Source: Octopus sinensis (Eukaryota). Taken from it: a stretch of DNA of 64,000 nucleotides. The notes under the pieces are model-generated. The model had not been told where the DNA came from, made no database searches, and was given only the letters and a program-made list of their open reading frames with translations. The first letter of the stretch is position 1. Every line of letters starts with the position of its first letter. Positions 62,733 to 64,000 of this stretch are shown here, in pieces. The stretch covers positions 2,480,001 through 2,544,000 of the forward strand of contig NC_043022.1 of the NCBI RefSeq assembly GCF_006345805.1, written 5' to 3'. A program made the translations under genes and the position numbers.

Positions 62733-63350
62733 TCCCGTCTTACCCTCTCTTTAATTATCCCTCATCCTCTCCCTGTCTCCCTCTATCTCTCTCTACATAT
62801 CTTCCTTTTCCTCCTCTTTGTCTCTCTCTAATTATCACTTATCCTCTCTCCGTCTCCCCCTCTCTCTCTCTGTCTCTCTATATATCTTCCTTTTCCTCTT
62901 CTCTCTCTTTCTAATTATCCCTCCTCCTCTCCCCGTCTCCCTCTCTCTCTCTCTATCTCTATATATATCTTCCTTTTCCTCCTCCCTCTCTCTCTCTAAT
63001 TATCACTTACCCTCTCTCCGTCTCTCTCCCTCTACATATCTTCCTTTTCCTCCTCCTTTCTCTCTAATTATCACTTACCCTCTCCCTGTCTCTCTCTCTC
63101 TCTCTATCTCTATATATATCTTCCTTTTCCTCCTCCTCTCTCTCTCTCTAATTATCACTTACCCTCTCCCTGTCTCTCTCTCTATCTCTATATATATCTT
63201 CCTTTTCCTCCTCTCCCTCTCTCTCTAATTATCACTTACCCTCTCTCCGTCTCCCTCTCTCTCTCTCTATATATATATCTTCCTTTTCCTCCTCTCTCTC
63301 TCTCTTTCTCTCTAATTATCACTTACCCTCTCTCCGTCTCTCCTCTCTTT
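62420..63350. repeat. Pyrimidine-rich minisatellite (~65-70 bp, CTAATTATCACTTACCCTCTC...TATCTTCCTTTTCCTC)
   Basis: Directly visible repeated anchor motifs. Confidence 0.85.
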
Positions 63351-64000
63351 AAAACCGGCGACTCGATCCAACTCGCAGAAGTCTTTTTTCTCCTCCGCTT
63401 TTCTTTCTCTTTGTTTTGTCTTTTTTTTTTCCAACTTTCCTCTCTTCGACATTTCTTTAAATATTCTCTTATTTAAAAAAAAAGAAAAAAAACATTTTCC
63501 CAGTCGACGAACCGACCCCCTCCTCCCCCATCACCAACAACAACAACAACAAGAAGAAGAGCAACAACAGGACACCGTTTCCATCAGTTGCAAGCCAACA
63601 TCACGGGATATTTTTATATTACCAAACATTGACCATTTCTTTTTTTTTCTTTATTTGTTTTTTGTTGTCATCGTCCATGGAACGGACCTAACTTCACGGA
63701 AACAACAAACCTATCCATTTATTAAACCCTCCCTACCAAAAAAACCACGAAAGACAGCAAATAATAAGCTGATCTATTTGTTCCTCTCCATTTCCTAATT
63801 CCACCTTTTTTCTTTGTGGATTCTTCGTAGATTTCGTTTCTCTTTTCAACAGTTTAACACCCCCTCTCTCTGTCTGCCTACCTTTCTATCTACCTGTCTA
63901 TATCTATCTATCTCTTTCTCTGTACCTGTCAATATCTATCTATCTACCTATCCCTGTATCTGTCTCTATCTGTCTGTCTTTTTATCTAGCCATCCATCTA

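Overview
Eukaryotic, microsatellite- and retroposon-dense DNA. The tRNA-headed SINE repertoire and (TA)n/(CA)n density suggest a cephalopod, probably Octopus (inference). Most entries in the ORF track are artefacts of repeats. The one clear gene is the 3' half of a + strand nuclear receptor corepressor (NCoR/SMRT/SMRTER family). Phase-consistent GT-AG exons lie at 282-3281, 16369-16619, 19432-19750 and 29298-29429. They are followed by a TE-free terminal block (~36251-40130) with at least two usable acceptors. The exons encode GSI repeats, RQTIMSDFVTAQHM, CoRNR boxes and EPISPP, but I could not find the usual C-terminal LSD motif. The remainder is SINEs, RTE-type LINE 3' fragments, mariner/hAT/piggyBac/pogo-type MITEs, two non-autonomous Helitrons, a decayed LTR pol remnant and tandem repeats. 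The most striking unannotated signal is a set of about nine Penelope-type minimal hammerhead ribozyme (HHR) motifs in several unrelated short elements. One is an intact HHR behind a tRNA-like Pol III head (27790-28053, -). Another is an HHR with a compensatory G3-C8 core swap inside a 134-bp-arm palindrome (48076-48353). A 3'-anchored retroposon family also carries tandem predicted H-type pseudoknots. All RNA structures were read by eye and none is computationally or experimentally verified.
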